Shown here: piece after piece, positions 15,360 through 23,818 of the stretch
How positions within the stretch are numbered: the stretch's first letter is position 1
Layout of the letters: each line of letters begins with the position of its first letter
Assembly (NCBI RefSeq): GCF_013407145.1
Contig: NZ_CP026993.1
Coordinates: forward strand, 828,590-860,589
Source: Nitrosopumilus cobalaminigenes
GTDB taxonomy: Archaea; Thermoproteota; Nitrososphaeria; Nitrososphaerales; Nitrosopumilaceae
Length of the DNA stretch: 32,000 nt
Reading direction: 5' to 3'
Translations under genes and position numbers: made by a program
Notes under the pieces: model-generated
What the model was told of the DNA's origin: nothing
The model's input: the letters and a program-made list of their open reading frames with translations, nothing else
Databases searched by the model: none

Positions 15360-15539
15360 TCACTTTATGCGATCAGAAAACAATTTTTGATTCCTGATTT
15401 TTTTCCTATTCCGATAAGTGATCAAATGATATTTGATAATGTTTTTGAGTTTATCCTCAACAGATAATTCCTCATCAACACATACAGATAGAAAATCAAG
15501 ATAGTCTTTATCCAAAATATCAATTTTGATCTCCCTCAT
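15360..15539 (-). CDS. micro-ORF, 59 aa, possible ribbon-helix-helix-like fold
   Basis: My own translation gives MREIKIDILDKDYLDFLSVCVDEELSVEDKLKNIIKYHLITYRNRKKIRNQKLFSDRIK. The order is a beta-strand-like EIKIDIL followed by two amphipathic helices. Its ATG overlaps the upstream ORF stop (ATGA). Confidence 0.35.
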   Translation of the reverse strand: MREIKIDILDKDYLDFLSVCVDEELSVEDKLKNIIKYHLITYRNRKKIRNQKLFSDRIK

Positions 15540-15706
15540 TGCAATACTTGAACCCGAATTACAGAATCATCATCAGAAATTTGTTTAGCATGAATAATAC
15601 AAAATCTCATGATCTGCTTATAGGGCTTTGAGCTCCCCATCTCAAAGTGATAGAACATTACCTGAGCATAAGCTTCGGTATTGCATCCTAGCATATTGCA
15701 AATCAT
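15536..15706 (-). CDS. micro-ORF, 56 aa
   Basis: MICNMLGCNTEAYAQVMFYHFEMGSSKPYKQIMRFCIIHAKQISDDDSVIRVQVLQ. Translationally coupled (ATGA) to the 59-aa ORF. Confidence 0.3.
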   Translation of the reverse strand: MICNMLGCNTEAYAQVMFYHFEMGSSKPYKQIMRFCIIHAKQISDDDSVIRVQVLQ

Positions 15707-15781
15707 GAGAGAATATCTAGGATATTTTGAGCCTAAAAGAGCAGGTTATTATGAAAAACTATAGACCACCAGGCTTGTAAT

Positions 15782-16051
15782 TTACAGATCACATATTTTA
15801 GGATCAAACAAGGTTACTTTCTGCTCAAAACATTCACTGGCAGATTCAAATCTAAAATCTTCAAAATTAACTGGACATTCCTTATTGAAAAATTCTAAAC
15901 GATCTTCAATTTCTTGTTCAGTTAGGCAAGTTTGGTCGTTATCGGCAGTTTCTGCAATATCGGTTTGAGACAATACGGCGATGACAATAATCACCATTGC
16001 AGATGCAATACCAAGATTTCTCAAGAGTATTTTGTCATTACTGCCCATCAT
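15782..16051 (-). CDS. small membrane-anchored Cys-containing protein (89 aa)
   Basis: TM helix LGIASAMVIIVIAVL followed by an acidic domain with four Cys. Confidence 0.5.
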   Translation of the reverse strand: MMGSNDKILLRNLGIASAMVIIVIAVLSQTDIAETADNDQTCLTEQEIEDRLEFFNKECPVNFEDFRFESASECFEQKVTLFDPKICDL

Positions 16052-16109
16052 GATTCTATAATATCAACCCATTTAGAAATGTTGCAAGCCTTCAAAGAGA
16101 ATTGCGGTT

Positions 16110-16616
16110 TTAGTTTAGAACCTTGTAATGTAAATCGACTAATTGACCATACTTTTCTGTTTTAACAAGTTCAAGCTTTGTTTCATTTTCAATACTCTGG
16201 AATAGTGAAATTCCTTTTCCTAAAAGAACAGGAATAACAGTTGTGATTATTTCATCTACAAACCCTATCTTAAGAAACGACGCAATAATTTTGGCTCCTC
16301 CAACAAGCCAGATATTTTTTCCTGCTCCGGGAAAACCATCTTTAACGAATTTTTCAATATCAGATACAAATTCCACATGGTTATCGTTATTCATACTAGT
16401 TCTACTAAAAACAAATGATTTCTTATCCTTGTATGGATATTCTCCAAATGTTAACACTTGATCATACGTAGTTTTGCCTAGCATGACAGTATCAATAGAC
16501 TTGTAAAATACGTCATAACTTGATTCAGAAGATTCTGGCAACCAATCAATGTCACCATTTTCTCTTGCAATGTATCCATCCAAGCTTGTTGCAATGTAAA
16601 GCAGAACCTTTGTCAT
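16110..16616 (-). CDS. dihydrofolate reductase-family protein (RibD C-terminal domain)
   Basis: MTKVLLYIATSLDGYIARENGDIDWL...IWLVGGAKI is the DHFR/RibD_C pattern. Confidence 0.8.
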   Translation of the reverse strand: MTKVLLYIATSLDGYIARENGDIDWLPESSESSYDVFYKSIDTVMLGKTTYDQVLTFGEYPYKDKKSFVFSRTSMNNDNHVEFVSDIEKFVKDGFPGAGKNIWLVGGAKIIASFLKIGFVDEIITTVIPVLLGKGISLFQSIENETKLELVKTEKYGQLVDLHYKVLN

Positions 16617-16692
16617 ATCAAATACTATGATTTCTGAGTTATAATCTTAGATTAAATCCATGGAGGCTGACAAAGAGAATTGTTATTTTAAT

Positions 16693-16833
16693 TCAAAACC
16701 CTTCTTCGTTTGAATTTGGTTCCCTATTGACTTGTTCAAAAGACATTTCCTTTTTTTGACAAGATTCACATTTTTCCATAATGCCAAATTGATTTTTGTA
16801 CTTGCCTTTACCATCACATCTAAAACAAACCAA
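16693..16833 (-). CDS. micro-ORF, 46 aa, DnaJ-type zinc finger (CxxCxGxG ... CxxC); TTG start assumed
   Basis: My own translation gives (M)VCFRCDGKGKYKNQFGIMEKCESCQKKEMSFEQVNREPNSNEEGF. There is no in-frame ATG upstream (a TAG lies 12 codons upstream of the TTG). Confidence 0.35.
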   Translation of the reverse strand: MVCFRCDGKGKYKNQFGIMEKCESCQKKEMSFEQVNREPNSNEEGF

Positions 16834-16869
16834 TCTGATCTGATGAGTAGGAATACAAGTTAAGGTTTT

Positions 16870-17004
16870 CTAATATTTCTTGGGCTTTTTCCCTTTTTTC
16901 TTTTTTTGTTGCTCAGACTTGTATTTTTTAATACGTTCTTTTTGTTTAGCTAACTTTTCACCTTTCTGTTTTCGGTCAGATTTTTTCTTTGATTTTTCAG
17001 CCAT
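16870..17004 (-). CDS. micro-ORF, 44 aa, extremely Lys-rich
   Basis: MAEKSKKKSDRKQKGEKLAKQKERIKKYKSEQQKKKKGKKPKKY. The ATG lies 6 nt downstream of the purL stop. Confidence 0.35.
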   Translation of the reverse strand: MAEKSKKKSDRKQKGEKLAKQKERIKKYKSEQQKKKKGKKPKKY

Positions 17005-17009
17005 TGATA

Positions 17010-19187
17010 TCAAAGAGTTTTCTTACCATGAAGAACCAAATTAGGAAGGGAATGCAACCATATTTTGTGAGAGGACTCAACATCTACATTGATGATAGAT
17101 TCTGAAGCATTGTTAAATTGAATTTTCTCACCTCCAAACTGACCAATTTGTCTAAAAGAAACTTTGTGGGTTTTGAGAACACTCTCAAGTTCTGAGAGAT
17201 TTTTCTTCTCAAAAGATATCAGATATCTAGAATGACTTTCAGAAAACAAAATTCTATCAACGTCCAATTTTTCTCCAGGAACTTTATCCAAGGATACCTG
17301 ACAACCAATTTGATTAGTCATACAAATCTCAGATGCAGCAATTGCCAATCCGCCTTTGGAGCAATCGTGAGCAGATTTTATGAGATTTTTGTCAATTATG
17401 TCAAGAACAGATTCCATATTCTTTTTTGAATCCTCAAAGTTAACTGTAGGGCATTTTCCACCCACAAATTTGTGCACATATTCAAAGTATTCAGAGCCAC
17501 CAAGCTCATCTTTGGTATCACCAATAATTAGAAGACAGTCATCTTGAGAAACCCTTTGAGGTACTGATGGTTTCTTGTCAATTAGTCCAATAACGCCAAT
17601 AACGGGAGTTGGTTTTATCGAGCCCTTTGGAGTCTCATTGTACAAACTGACCTTTCCGCCAACACATGGAATTTTAAAGAATTTTGCAAAATCAGTCAAC
17701 CCCTTTAAGGATTCCAAAAATGTCCAGAAAATTTCAGGATCATTAGGATTGCCAAATTGAAGATGATCAAGCATTCCAATGGGTTTTGCTCCAGTGCAAA
17801 CAACATTTCGACATGCTTCCTCAAAGCATCCAATTGCACCTTCACGTGGATTAATGTAACATTGTTTGGGGTTGCCATCAATTTTTGCTGAAAGATATTT
17901 CCCATTATCTAATCGAAGTACAGATGCATCAGATCCAGGTTTTACTACAGTTCTAATTCCAACCTCATGATCATATTGTCCATAAACCCAAATCTTACTT
18001 GCAATGTTTGGAGACGAAAGTAAATTCATCAAAGTTTCAGAGTAATTAGAAATGGATTCAAATTTCTTTTCAGTTTCTATAGTTTTCAAATAAGCAGGTT
18101 CCTTTGAAGGTAAATCAAGCAGTGTTGCATTTGCTACAACATCAGCAGGTAAATTCGCAACAGTGTTTTCACCTTTTTTGATGTGGACGTTATTGTCAAA
18201 TTTCACATGGCCAATTACAGAGCAACCAATACGAAATTTATCACAGATTTCTTGTAATTTTGAAAGTTTCTCTTTACTGGTAACAATTAACATTCTTTCT
18301 TGGGATTCAGAAACCATAATTTCATCAGGGTGCATGTCAGACTCTCGGGTGTGAACTTTGTCAACATCCATCTCAATTCCAACTTCCATGGCATCAGCAG
18401 TTTCAGAAACGGCACAAGATAAGCCACCACCACCAAGATCTTTCATTGCATGAATAAGACCATCATTTCGAGCCTGCAAAACGGCCTCTATGATTAATTT
18501 CTCAATGAAAGGGTCAGGAATTTGAACAGCAGAACGGTCTTCAGATTCTAAAGAATCAGATGCAAATTGAGAGCCACCAATGCCATCTCTACCAGTAGAG
18601 CCTCCCATCAATACAACAATGTCGTCTTTTTCAACATGATTTTTAATCAAATTTTCTTTTTTACCAAAACCTAATGCAGCAACATCAACCATTGCATAGT
18701 TTTCATAGCATTCATCAAATTCCACTTCACCGCCAATTGTTGGAATTCCTAAACAATTTCCATAATCAGCAATTCCAGTAACTGCATTTTTGAAAAGCCA
18801 TCTAGCTTGCAAATCAGTTTCAATATTTCCAAATCTTAATCCATCAAAAATTGCAATAGGTCTAGTTCCTGCAGATAAAATATCACGAATTACTCCACCA
18901 ACACCAGTTGCTGCACCACCGTATGGTTCTACTGCAGAAGGATGGTTATGACTTTCAATGTGAGCAGTGACCACATATCCATCACCAACATCCAAAACGC
19001 CTGAATCATATCCTTTCTCATTAATTACAAGAGGACCATCCATTGGCAACATTTTCAAATGTTTTTTTGATGATTTGTAAGAGCAATGCTCAGACCACTC
19101 AGCAGCTACAATTTGTAATTCAGTTGAAGTGGGGTCTCTGCCAATTTTTGATTTGAGCTCAGAGAGTTCTTGATCTTCCAGACTCAT
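17010..19187 (-). CDS. purL: phosphoribosylformylglycinamidine (FGAM) synthase II
   Basis: 725 aa. ELQIVAAEWSEHCSYKSSK and the duplicated AIR-synthase-like domains are typical of small PurL. Confidence 0.93.
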   Translation of the reverse strand: MSLEDQELSELKSKIGRDPTSTELQIVAAEWSEHCSYKSSKKHLKMLPMDGPLVINEKGYDSGVLDVGDGYVVTAHIESHNHPSAVEPYGGAATGVGGVIRDILSAGTRPIAIFDGLRFGNIETDLQARWLFKNAVTGIADYGNCLGIPTIGGEVEFDECYENYAMVDVAALGFGKKENLIKNHVEKDDIVVLMGGSTGRDGIGGSQFASDSLESEDRSAVQIPDPFIEKLIIEAVLQARNDGLIHAMKDLGGGGLSCAVSETADAMEVGIEMDVDKVHTRESDMHPDEIMVSESQERMLIVTSKEKLSKLQEICDKFRIGCSVIGHVKFDNNVHIKKGENTVANLPADVVANATLLDLPSKEPAYLKTIETEKKFESISNYSETLMNLLSSPNIASKIWVYGQYDHEVGIRTVVKPGSDASVLRLDNGKYLSAKIDGNPKQCYINPREGAIGCFEEACRNVVCTGAKPIGMLDHLQFGNPNDPEIFWTFLESLKGLTDFAKFFKIPCVGGKVSLYNETPKGSIKPTPVIGVIGLIDKKPSVPQRVSQDDCLLIIGDTKDELGGSEYFEYVHKFVGGKCPTVNFEDSKKNMESVLDIIDKNLIKSAHDCSKGGLAIAASEICMTNQIGCQVSLDKVPGEKLDVDRILFSESHSRYLISFEKKNLSELESVLKTHKVSFRQIGQFGGEKIQFNNASESIINVDVESSHKIWLHSLPNLVLHGKKTL

Positions 19188-19864
19188 TTGGCGACACCCA
19201 TTTGCGTTAATAGTGATTCAAAAATTAGAGAAGAAGGTTTGTTATCAATTGGATTAATATCAGATTCAACTGCTCTTTCAGGATGAGGCATCATACCTAC
19301 AACATTCCCATCCTCATTACATACGCCTGCAATTCTATTTGTAGAACCGTTTACAACTTCAGAATATCTAAAAACAATTTGGTTTTTTTCTTTTAATTTT
19401 TTCATAGTTTCATCATCAACATAGTAGCGCCCTTCACCATTTGCAATCGGGATAGGAATTTTTTCATTTAATTGGAATTGATTTGTAAACGGAGTCTTGT
19501 TATTTTCAACAATAAGATTAGTCCATTCACACATAAAATTTAGAGATTCATTTTTGAGCAAAACTCCAGGAAGTAATCCTGATTCGACTAGAATTTGAAA
19601 TCCATTACATACACCCAAGACAGGAATTCCTTTTTCAGCTATTTTCTGAACATCTTTGATTATTGGACTATGTGCTGCAATCACACCTGCTCGCAGTCTG
19701 TCACCATATGAGAAACCACCAGGAAGAATTACGGCATCAATATTTTCAGGCAATCCTTTTTCATGCCAATAATATTCAGCATTAAGATGAAAAACATCAG
19801 TCAACACATGATACATATCGCGATCACAGTTACTACCTGGAAAAACTACAACTCCAACTTTCAC
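19184..19864 (-). CDS. purQ: FGAM synthase I (glutamine amidotransferase subunit)
   Basis: FPGSNCDRD, GGFSYGD, GVCNGFQIL (catalytic Cys) and MPHPER. GTG start. 4-nt overlap with purL. Confidence 0.92.
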   Translation of the reverse strand: MKVGVVVFPGSNCDRDMYHVLTDVFHLNAEYYWHEKGLPENIDAVILPGGFSYGDRLRAGVIAAHSPIIKDVQKIAEKGIPVLGVCNGFQILVESGLLPGVLLKNESLNFMCEWTNLIVENNKTPFTNQFQLNEKIPIPIANGEGRYYVDDETMKKLKEKNQIVFRYSEVVNGSTNRIAGVCNEDGNVVGMMPHPERAVESDINPIDNKPSSLIFESLLTQMGVAK

Positions 19865-19932
19865 AATTAGTTTAACATTCAGAGATGTTTATACTATATG
19901 ATTAATTATTCATTTTTTACGATCAGAGTAAT

Positions 19933-20193
19933 TTAATTTTCAAAAACATCAACAGTTACTTTACTCACCATAGGATTGTAAATTCTCAAATCATCACAAA
20001 TTTCTTGAACTTTAGACTGAGCAGTTTCTTTATCGCTTTCATCGATAGTGAATTTTAGCATCTTTGCTGTTTTAATTTTTGAAACGCTCTTGTGAGTTCC
20101 TTTAAGGACTAAGTCATTTAGAATTGTTTCTCCTTCAGGATCACTGATTCCAGGCTTGTTTTCAATTGTTACATGAACATTGTAAGTTGTCAT
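19933..20193 (-). CDS. purS: FGAM synthase PurS subunit
   Basis: VHVTIENKPGISDPEGETILNDL is the PurS pattern. I prefer the ATG at 20193 over the track's TTG at 20199. Confidence 0.85.
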   Translation of the reverse strand: MTTYNVHVTIENKPGISDPEGETILNDLVLKGTHKSVSKIKTAKMLKFTIDESDKETAQSKVQEICDDLRIYNPMVSKVTVDVFEN

Positions 20194-20332
20194 AAACAAG
20201 TTGAAAAATAGAATCGAGGTTAATCAATCTTCTGAATAATTTTGTGCTTTTATAGTTATTTTGAGATATCAATCAGGTTTCCGGATCTGAGGACTAGTGT
20301 TGTTTAGATATCTCCCAGCCCAGTTCCGGTTA

Positions 20333-20545
20333 CTATGAATTCATGTTTTCTTTAACAAATTCAGTGTATTTTCTATAGAGACCAGATTGATAATTTGGAT
20401 TCTCTATAATCAATAATTTATTTTTCAAATCTTCTTTTGATAGAAACATATCTTTTTCAAAAATCCCTTGGTCATCAAGAGTTATGCAAATATCTTGCCA
20501 AGCAAATACATCCTTTGGATTTCGATTTGCAGTTGCATAGTACAC
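20333..20545 (-). CDS. hypothetical 70-aa ORF (GTG start); may be the 3' part of a disrupted longer frame
   Basis: ORF-track entry. It is in the same frame as the two ORFs upstream of it, separated only by single stops (see findings). Confidence 0.35.
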   Translation of the reverse strand: MYYATANRNPKDVFAWQDICITLDDQGIFEKDMFLSKEDLKNKLLIIENPNYQSGLYRKYTEFVKENMNS

Positions 20546-20758
20546 ATAGAGTAATCAAAGTTTATTGTATTCATCCAAAGCCATCTCTTTTCCAAGAACA
20601 TATTTTCTTTTCAAAGATTGAAAGAAAACTAGACCGTCAGAAGTTAGTACATAATCAAAGAGTTTAGGATAATCATTCACATTAATTGAATATAGAGGAT
20701 TTTCTGATTTCACCGTATTAGAAATAGAGTCAATACTTGAATAATTTTCTTTTTTTGA

Positions 20759-20914
20759 TTATGCCTTGAATTTCTTCAAACCTTCATGTACAACAAGATT
20801 TAGAACGTGTGAAAAACTGACAGATTTTGGAGATGTTTTGATCATCTTTGCTTGTATGTTTCTGAGTTTTTCAGCATTTGAAGGATTCAGCACTACTGTA
20901 ATTCTTGATCCCAC
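20759..20914 (-). CDS. mini ribbon-helix-helix (CopG/Arc-like) DNA-binding protein, 51 aa, GTG start
   Basis: My own translation gives (M)GSRITVVLNPSNAEKLRNIQAKMIKTSPKSVSFSHVLNLVVHEGLKKFKA. It shows the RHH order of beta strand, helix, helix, and is a paralogue of the ORF at 25287-25427. Confidence 0.5.
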   Translation of the reverse strand: MGSRITVVLNPSNAEKLRNIQAKMIKTSPKSVSFSHVLNLVVHEGLKKFKA

Positions 20915-21007
20915 ATAGACAATACGTCAATTTACTATAAAAAAAGACAATATTTACCAGTCACATAGAGATGGAATTTATATCAGAATAATTCTCAATA
21001 TTTCATA

Positions 21008-21475
21008 ATGGCAAAAGGTAGAATGAGATACTGGAAAATCACATCTGAAGAACTAGGCGGATATGCATATGATGAAAAAAATCTGTTAAACTGGGAGATC
21101 AAATGTGTTAGAGAACCAGAAGACGAGGCTCATTTTATCGGGGTATTCATGTATAGAAATGGAACAGCCTATGATTATGAATCAGTAAAAGGAATCTGTT
21201 ATTTTCACAACAACATAGACAGAAAAGAATTACCTGAAATTACAAAATTCCTACAAAGCAAATACAACGGAAAAGAGATGGAAAAAGGAGACAGAATATT
21301 CCTTAAAGATTCAAAAGAAATCTACTCTCCCAAAGACATTGCAGAATTAGCAAAAGAAATGGAAGTGAAATTTAACACCAAAGCTATCATATCATTGGAA
21401 TTTGGAGGAATTACTGCTGAAGCACTCAAAGAAGCAGGACTGCCAGAAGCAAAATTATTGCCAATTCCCACATAA
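21008..21475 (+). CDS. hypothetical protein (155 aa)
   Basis: ORF-track entry with a globular composition. No family recognised. Confidence 0.55.
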   Translation: MAKGRMRYWKITSEELGGYAYDEKNLLNWEIKCVREPEDEAHFIGVFMYRNGTAYDYESVKGICYFHNNIDRKELPEITKFLQSKYNGKEMEKGDRIFLKDSKEIYSPKDIAELAKEMEVKFNTKAIISLEFGGITAEALKEAGLPEAKLLPIPT

Positions 21476-21504
21476 TTGATATAGTTTAGAATCAAAGATA
21501 TCAG

Positions 21505-22296
21505 ATGTCCGAATTGGAAGGCATTAATCAGCATCTTGAAGAATTAAGAAAACGTCTAGTTCGAATTGTTATTGTAATCGGTGGGATTGCGGCATTTTTG
21601 TTAATGTTTCATGCAGAACCAATACAAATCAATCAATTTACTTTGTATTATCCGACGCTAGAACCAACTCACAACATTGCAGCTCAGATTACAAATCACA
21701 TGAGATTAAATCTTGTTCCAGAAAATGTAGATTTGATTCAAACAGCACCAGGACAAGCATTTTTTGCTCAAATGTATGTTGCAGCACTTGTAGGAGTTGT
21801 TGCAGGAATGCCTGTAATCATCAAAGAGCTTGTAGGATTTATCAAGCCAGCACTGAAAGAAAACGAAATCAACGTTAGTAGAAGTATCTCATTACCTGCT
21901 TTAGGATTATTCATTGCAGGTTGTGTATTCTCATATAATTTTGTCATCCCATACATGTTAGATTTTTTGTATAGATATGGAGAAGGGGCAGGACTCATCA
22001 CTTTCCTAAACGTAATGGAATTTGTAACATTTGTATTACAATTTTTGTTAGCTTTTGGTTTTTCATTTCAACTTCCTCTTGTAATGTATGCAGTGTCTGC
22101 ATCAGGAATGGTCGATGTAGATTTTTGGAGAAAAAATATCAGATATGCAATAGTAATCATAGTAATTTTTGGTGCAATAATTACTCCGGATGGAACAGGA
22201 GTCACAATGATGTTTGTTGCAGGTCCAATGATTGGGTTGTATGCTGCAGGCATGTTATTGATTGAGCGTAAAGAACGAAAAAAGTTGAACACTTAA
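21505..22296 (+). CDS. tatC: twin-arginine translocase subunit TatC
   Basis: 263 aa with six hydrophobic spans. N-terminal HLEELRKRL and the overall TatC pattern. Immediately followed by tatA. Confidence 0.88.
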   Translation: MSELEGINQHLEELRKRLVRIVIVIGGIAAFLLMFHAEPIQINQFTLYYPTLEPTHNIAAQITNHMRLNLVPENVDLIQTAPGQAFFAQMYVAALVGVVAGMPVIIKELVGFIKPALKENEINVSRSISLPALGLFIAGCVFSYNFVIPYMLDFLYRYGEGAGLITFLNVMEFVTFVLQFLLAFGFSFQLPLVMYAVSASGMVDVDFWRKNIRYAIVIIVIFGAIITPDGTGVTMMFVAGPMIGLYAAGMLLIERKERKKLNT

Positions 22297-22323
22297 ATCT
22301 GAAATCAGCCAAGTTTGTATAAT

Positions 22324-22530
22324 ATGCTAGGAAGTACTGAGATCATCGTATTAGTAGTAGTGATTGGTGTATTGATTTTTGGTGCAAAGAAAATTCCAGA
22401 ACTTGCAAAAACATTTGGTAAAGCCAAAGGAGAATTTGAGAAAGGAAAAATCGAGGCAGACAAAGATCTCAAAGAATTCAAAGATGAAATTGACGGTACA
22501 TCTAAGGATAAAGAGATTAAATCTGACTAG
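22324..22530 (+). CDS. tatA: twin-arginine translocase subunit TatA/E
   Basis: The TM is IIVLVVVIGVLIFGAKKIPELAKTFGKAKGEFEKG, followed by an amphipathic helix, as in TatA. I prefer the ATG at 22324 over the TTG at 22315. Confidence 0.85.
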   Translation: MLGSTEIIVLVVVIGVLIFGAKKIPELAKTFGKAKGEFEKGKIEADKDLKEFKDEIDGTSKDKEIKSD

Positions 22531-22955
22531 TTTTCAGCAATTTTTACAAAATCATCTAATATCACATCATAATCATGTTTGAAATTATTTTTCCCAAACA
22601 TCATCGATAATTTCATTTTCCCTTTAAATTTTAAATCAACATCCACAAGAACTTTGGTTGCGTTTTCAAGTTCAATGAATTCTTGCTTTATTTTACTTCC
22701 TTTTGCATCGCCACCAATAACAAAAATTTCATGTATGATAGGTTTTTGAGAAACGTGTTTTGCCATGATTAACAATTCCAAATCCCCCAAAATCAAATGC
22801 TCTTCAACTACAGACACTGCACCACGCATTGAGCGAACTCTAATTGAGGGATAATGTTGTGGGATTATTTTTTGATAGTTTTCAAAATCAGAGAAAATAT
22901 CAAAAACACTGGTTCTATCTTTGTTAACTATTTTTTCTAAAGAAAACTTTGGCAA
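22527..22955 (-). CDS. SRPBCC-superfamily (polyketide cyclase/START-like) protein
   Basis: IVNKDRTSVFDIFSDFENYQKIIPQH... and the alternating beta pattern are typical of Polyketide_cyc2. TTG start. Confidence 0.7.
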   Translation of the reverse strand: MPKFSLEKIVNKDRTSVFDIFSDFENYQKIIPQHYPSIRVRSMRGAVSVVEEHLILGDLELLIMAKHVSQKPIIHEIFVIGGDAKGSKIKQEFIELENATKVLVDVDLKFKGKMKLSMMFGKNNFKHDYDVILDDFVKIAEN

Positions 22956-22962
22956 TGGTAAT

Positions 22963-23520
22963 TTAGAGAGTACCCCATCGAGGGTATAAATCGTGCTCTA
23001 TGTTAAATTGATCTAGACATTTTCCTACACCATGATTTACAATATCATCAATAGATTTTGGTTTGGTATAAAATTCAGTTACAGGTGGCAAAATTACAAT
23101 TCCCAATCTTGCAAGTTTTAACATATTCTCTAAATGGATTGCAGATAGAGGAGTTTCGCGCACCATTAAAATTAATTTTCTAGATTCTTTTATTGTTACA
23201 CCTGCAGCTCGTGCAACTAGTGTATCATCATAGCCATTTGCAATTGCAGCCAACGTCTTCATGCTACATGGAGCTACAATCATCCCATCAATCCTATGAG
23301 TTCCACTAGAAACACTGGATGCCATATTTTTTTCATCAGAAGTATTAGTTGCTAAAGATTTTACATATTCAGGAGTGAATTTAGTTTCCATAGAAATGCA
23401 TTTTTCACCCCATTCAGAAATTATCAAATGAGTTTCAATGTTTAATTTTTTTAAAGTTTCAAGCATTCGGATTCCATAGATTACACCAGTACTGCCAGTA
23501 ATTCCAATTACAAGTTTCAA
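22963..23520 (-). CDS. ubiX: flavin prenyltransferase UbiX
   Basis: KLVIGITGSTGVIYGIRML and VAPCSMKTLAAIANGY are UbiX/Pad1 signatures. TTG start directly at the conserved N-terminus. Confidence 0.9.
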   Translation of the reverse strand: MKLVIGITGSTGVIYGIRMLETLKKLNIETHLIISEWGEKCISMETKFTPEYVKSLATNTSDEKNMASSVSSGTHRIDGMIVAPCSMKTLAAIANGYDDTLVARAAGVTIKESRKLILMVRETPLSAIHLENMLKLARLGIVILPPVTEFYTKPKSIDDIVNHGVGKCLDQFNIEHDLYPRWGTL

Positions 23521-23577
23521 TATGTTATATGGGAAACCAGAGTATTTTATGTATTAGATAGAAAGGATTGCTTACCA

Positions 23578-23721
23578 CTAGAGGTTTTGGAATTCATCAT
23601 TTTCAGCATTTTCTAATTCCCGATTTGCTTTTCTTCGCTTGTACCACATGATAATACCACCAGCAAGCATTACAGGAAGAATGATTGCACCAAGCATTTG
23701 AATTTCAAAGTGGTAAAGCAT
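23578..23721 (-). CDS. micro-ORF, 47 aa, single-TM peptide
   Basis: MLYHFEIQMLGAIILPVMLAGGIIMWYKRRKANRELENAENDEFQNL (my own translation). Confidence 0.3.
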   Translation of the reverse strand: MLYHFEIQMLGAIILPVMLAGGIIMWYKRRKANRELENAENDEFQNL

Positions 23722-23818
23722 GATTCGTATCAAACGCCAATTGAGAAAAGTCTATTGATTGCACCCGATCTAATTTTTCAAAAATTAGCTATATTAGATC
23801 CCAATATCTAGGCATAAT

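Noticed and set aside
20258-20335. Slightly GC-richer stretch with the 8-bp inverted repeat GAGATATC/GATATCTC between the 70-aa ORF and purS
   Set aside because: It has a single short stem with a 36-nt loop and no recognisable RNA-family motifs. It is most simply a terminator or spacer between two minus-strand units, and the evidence is too weak for an ncRNA call.
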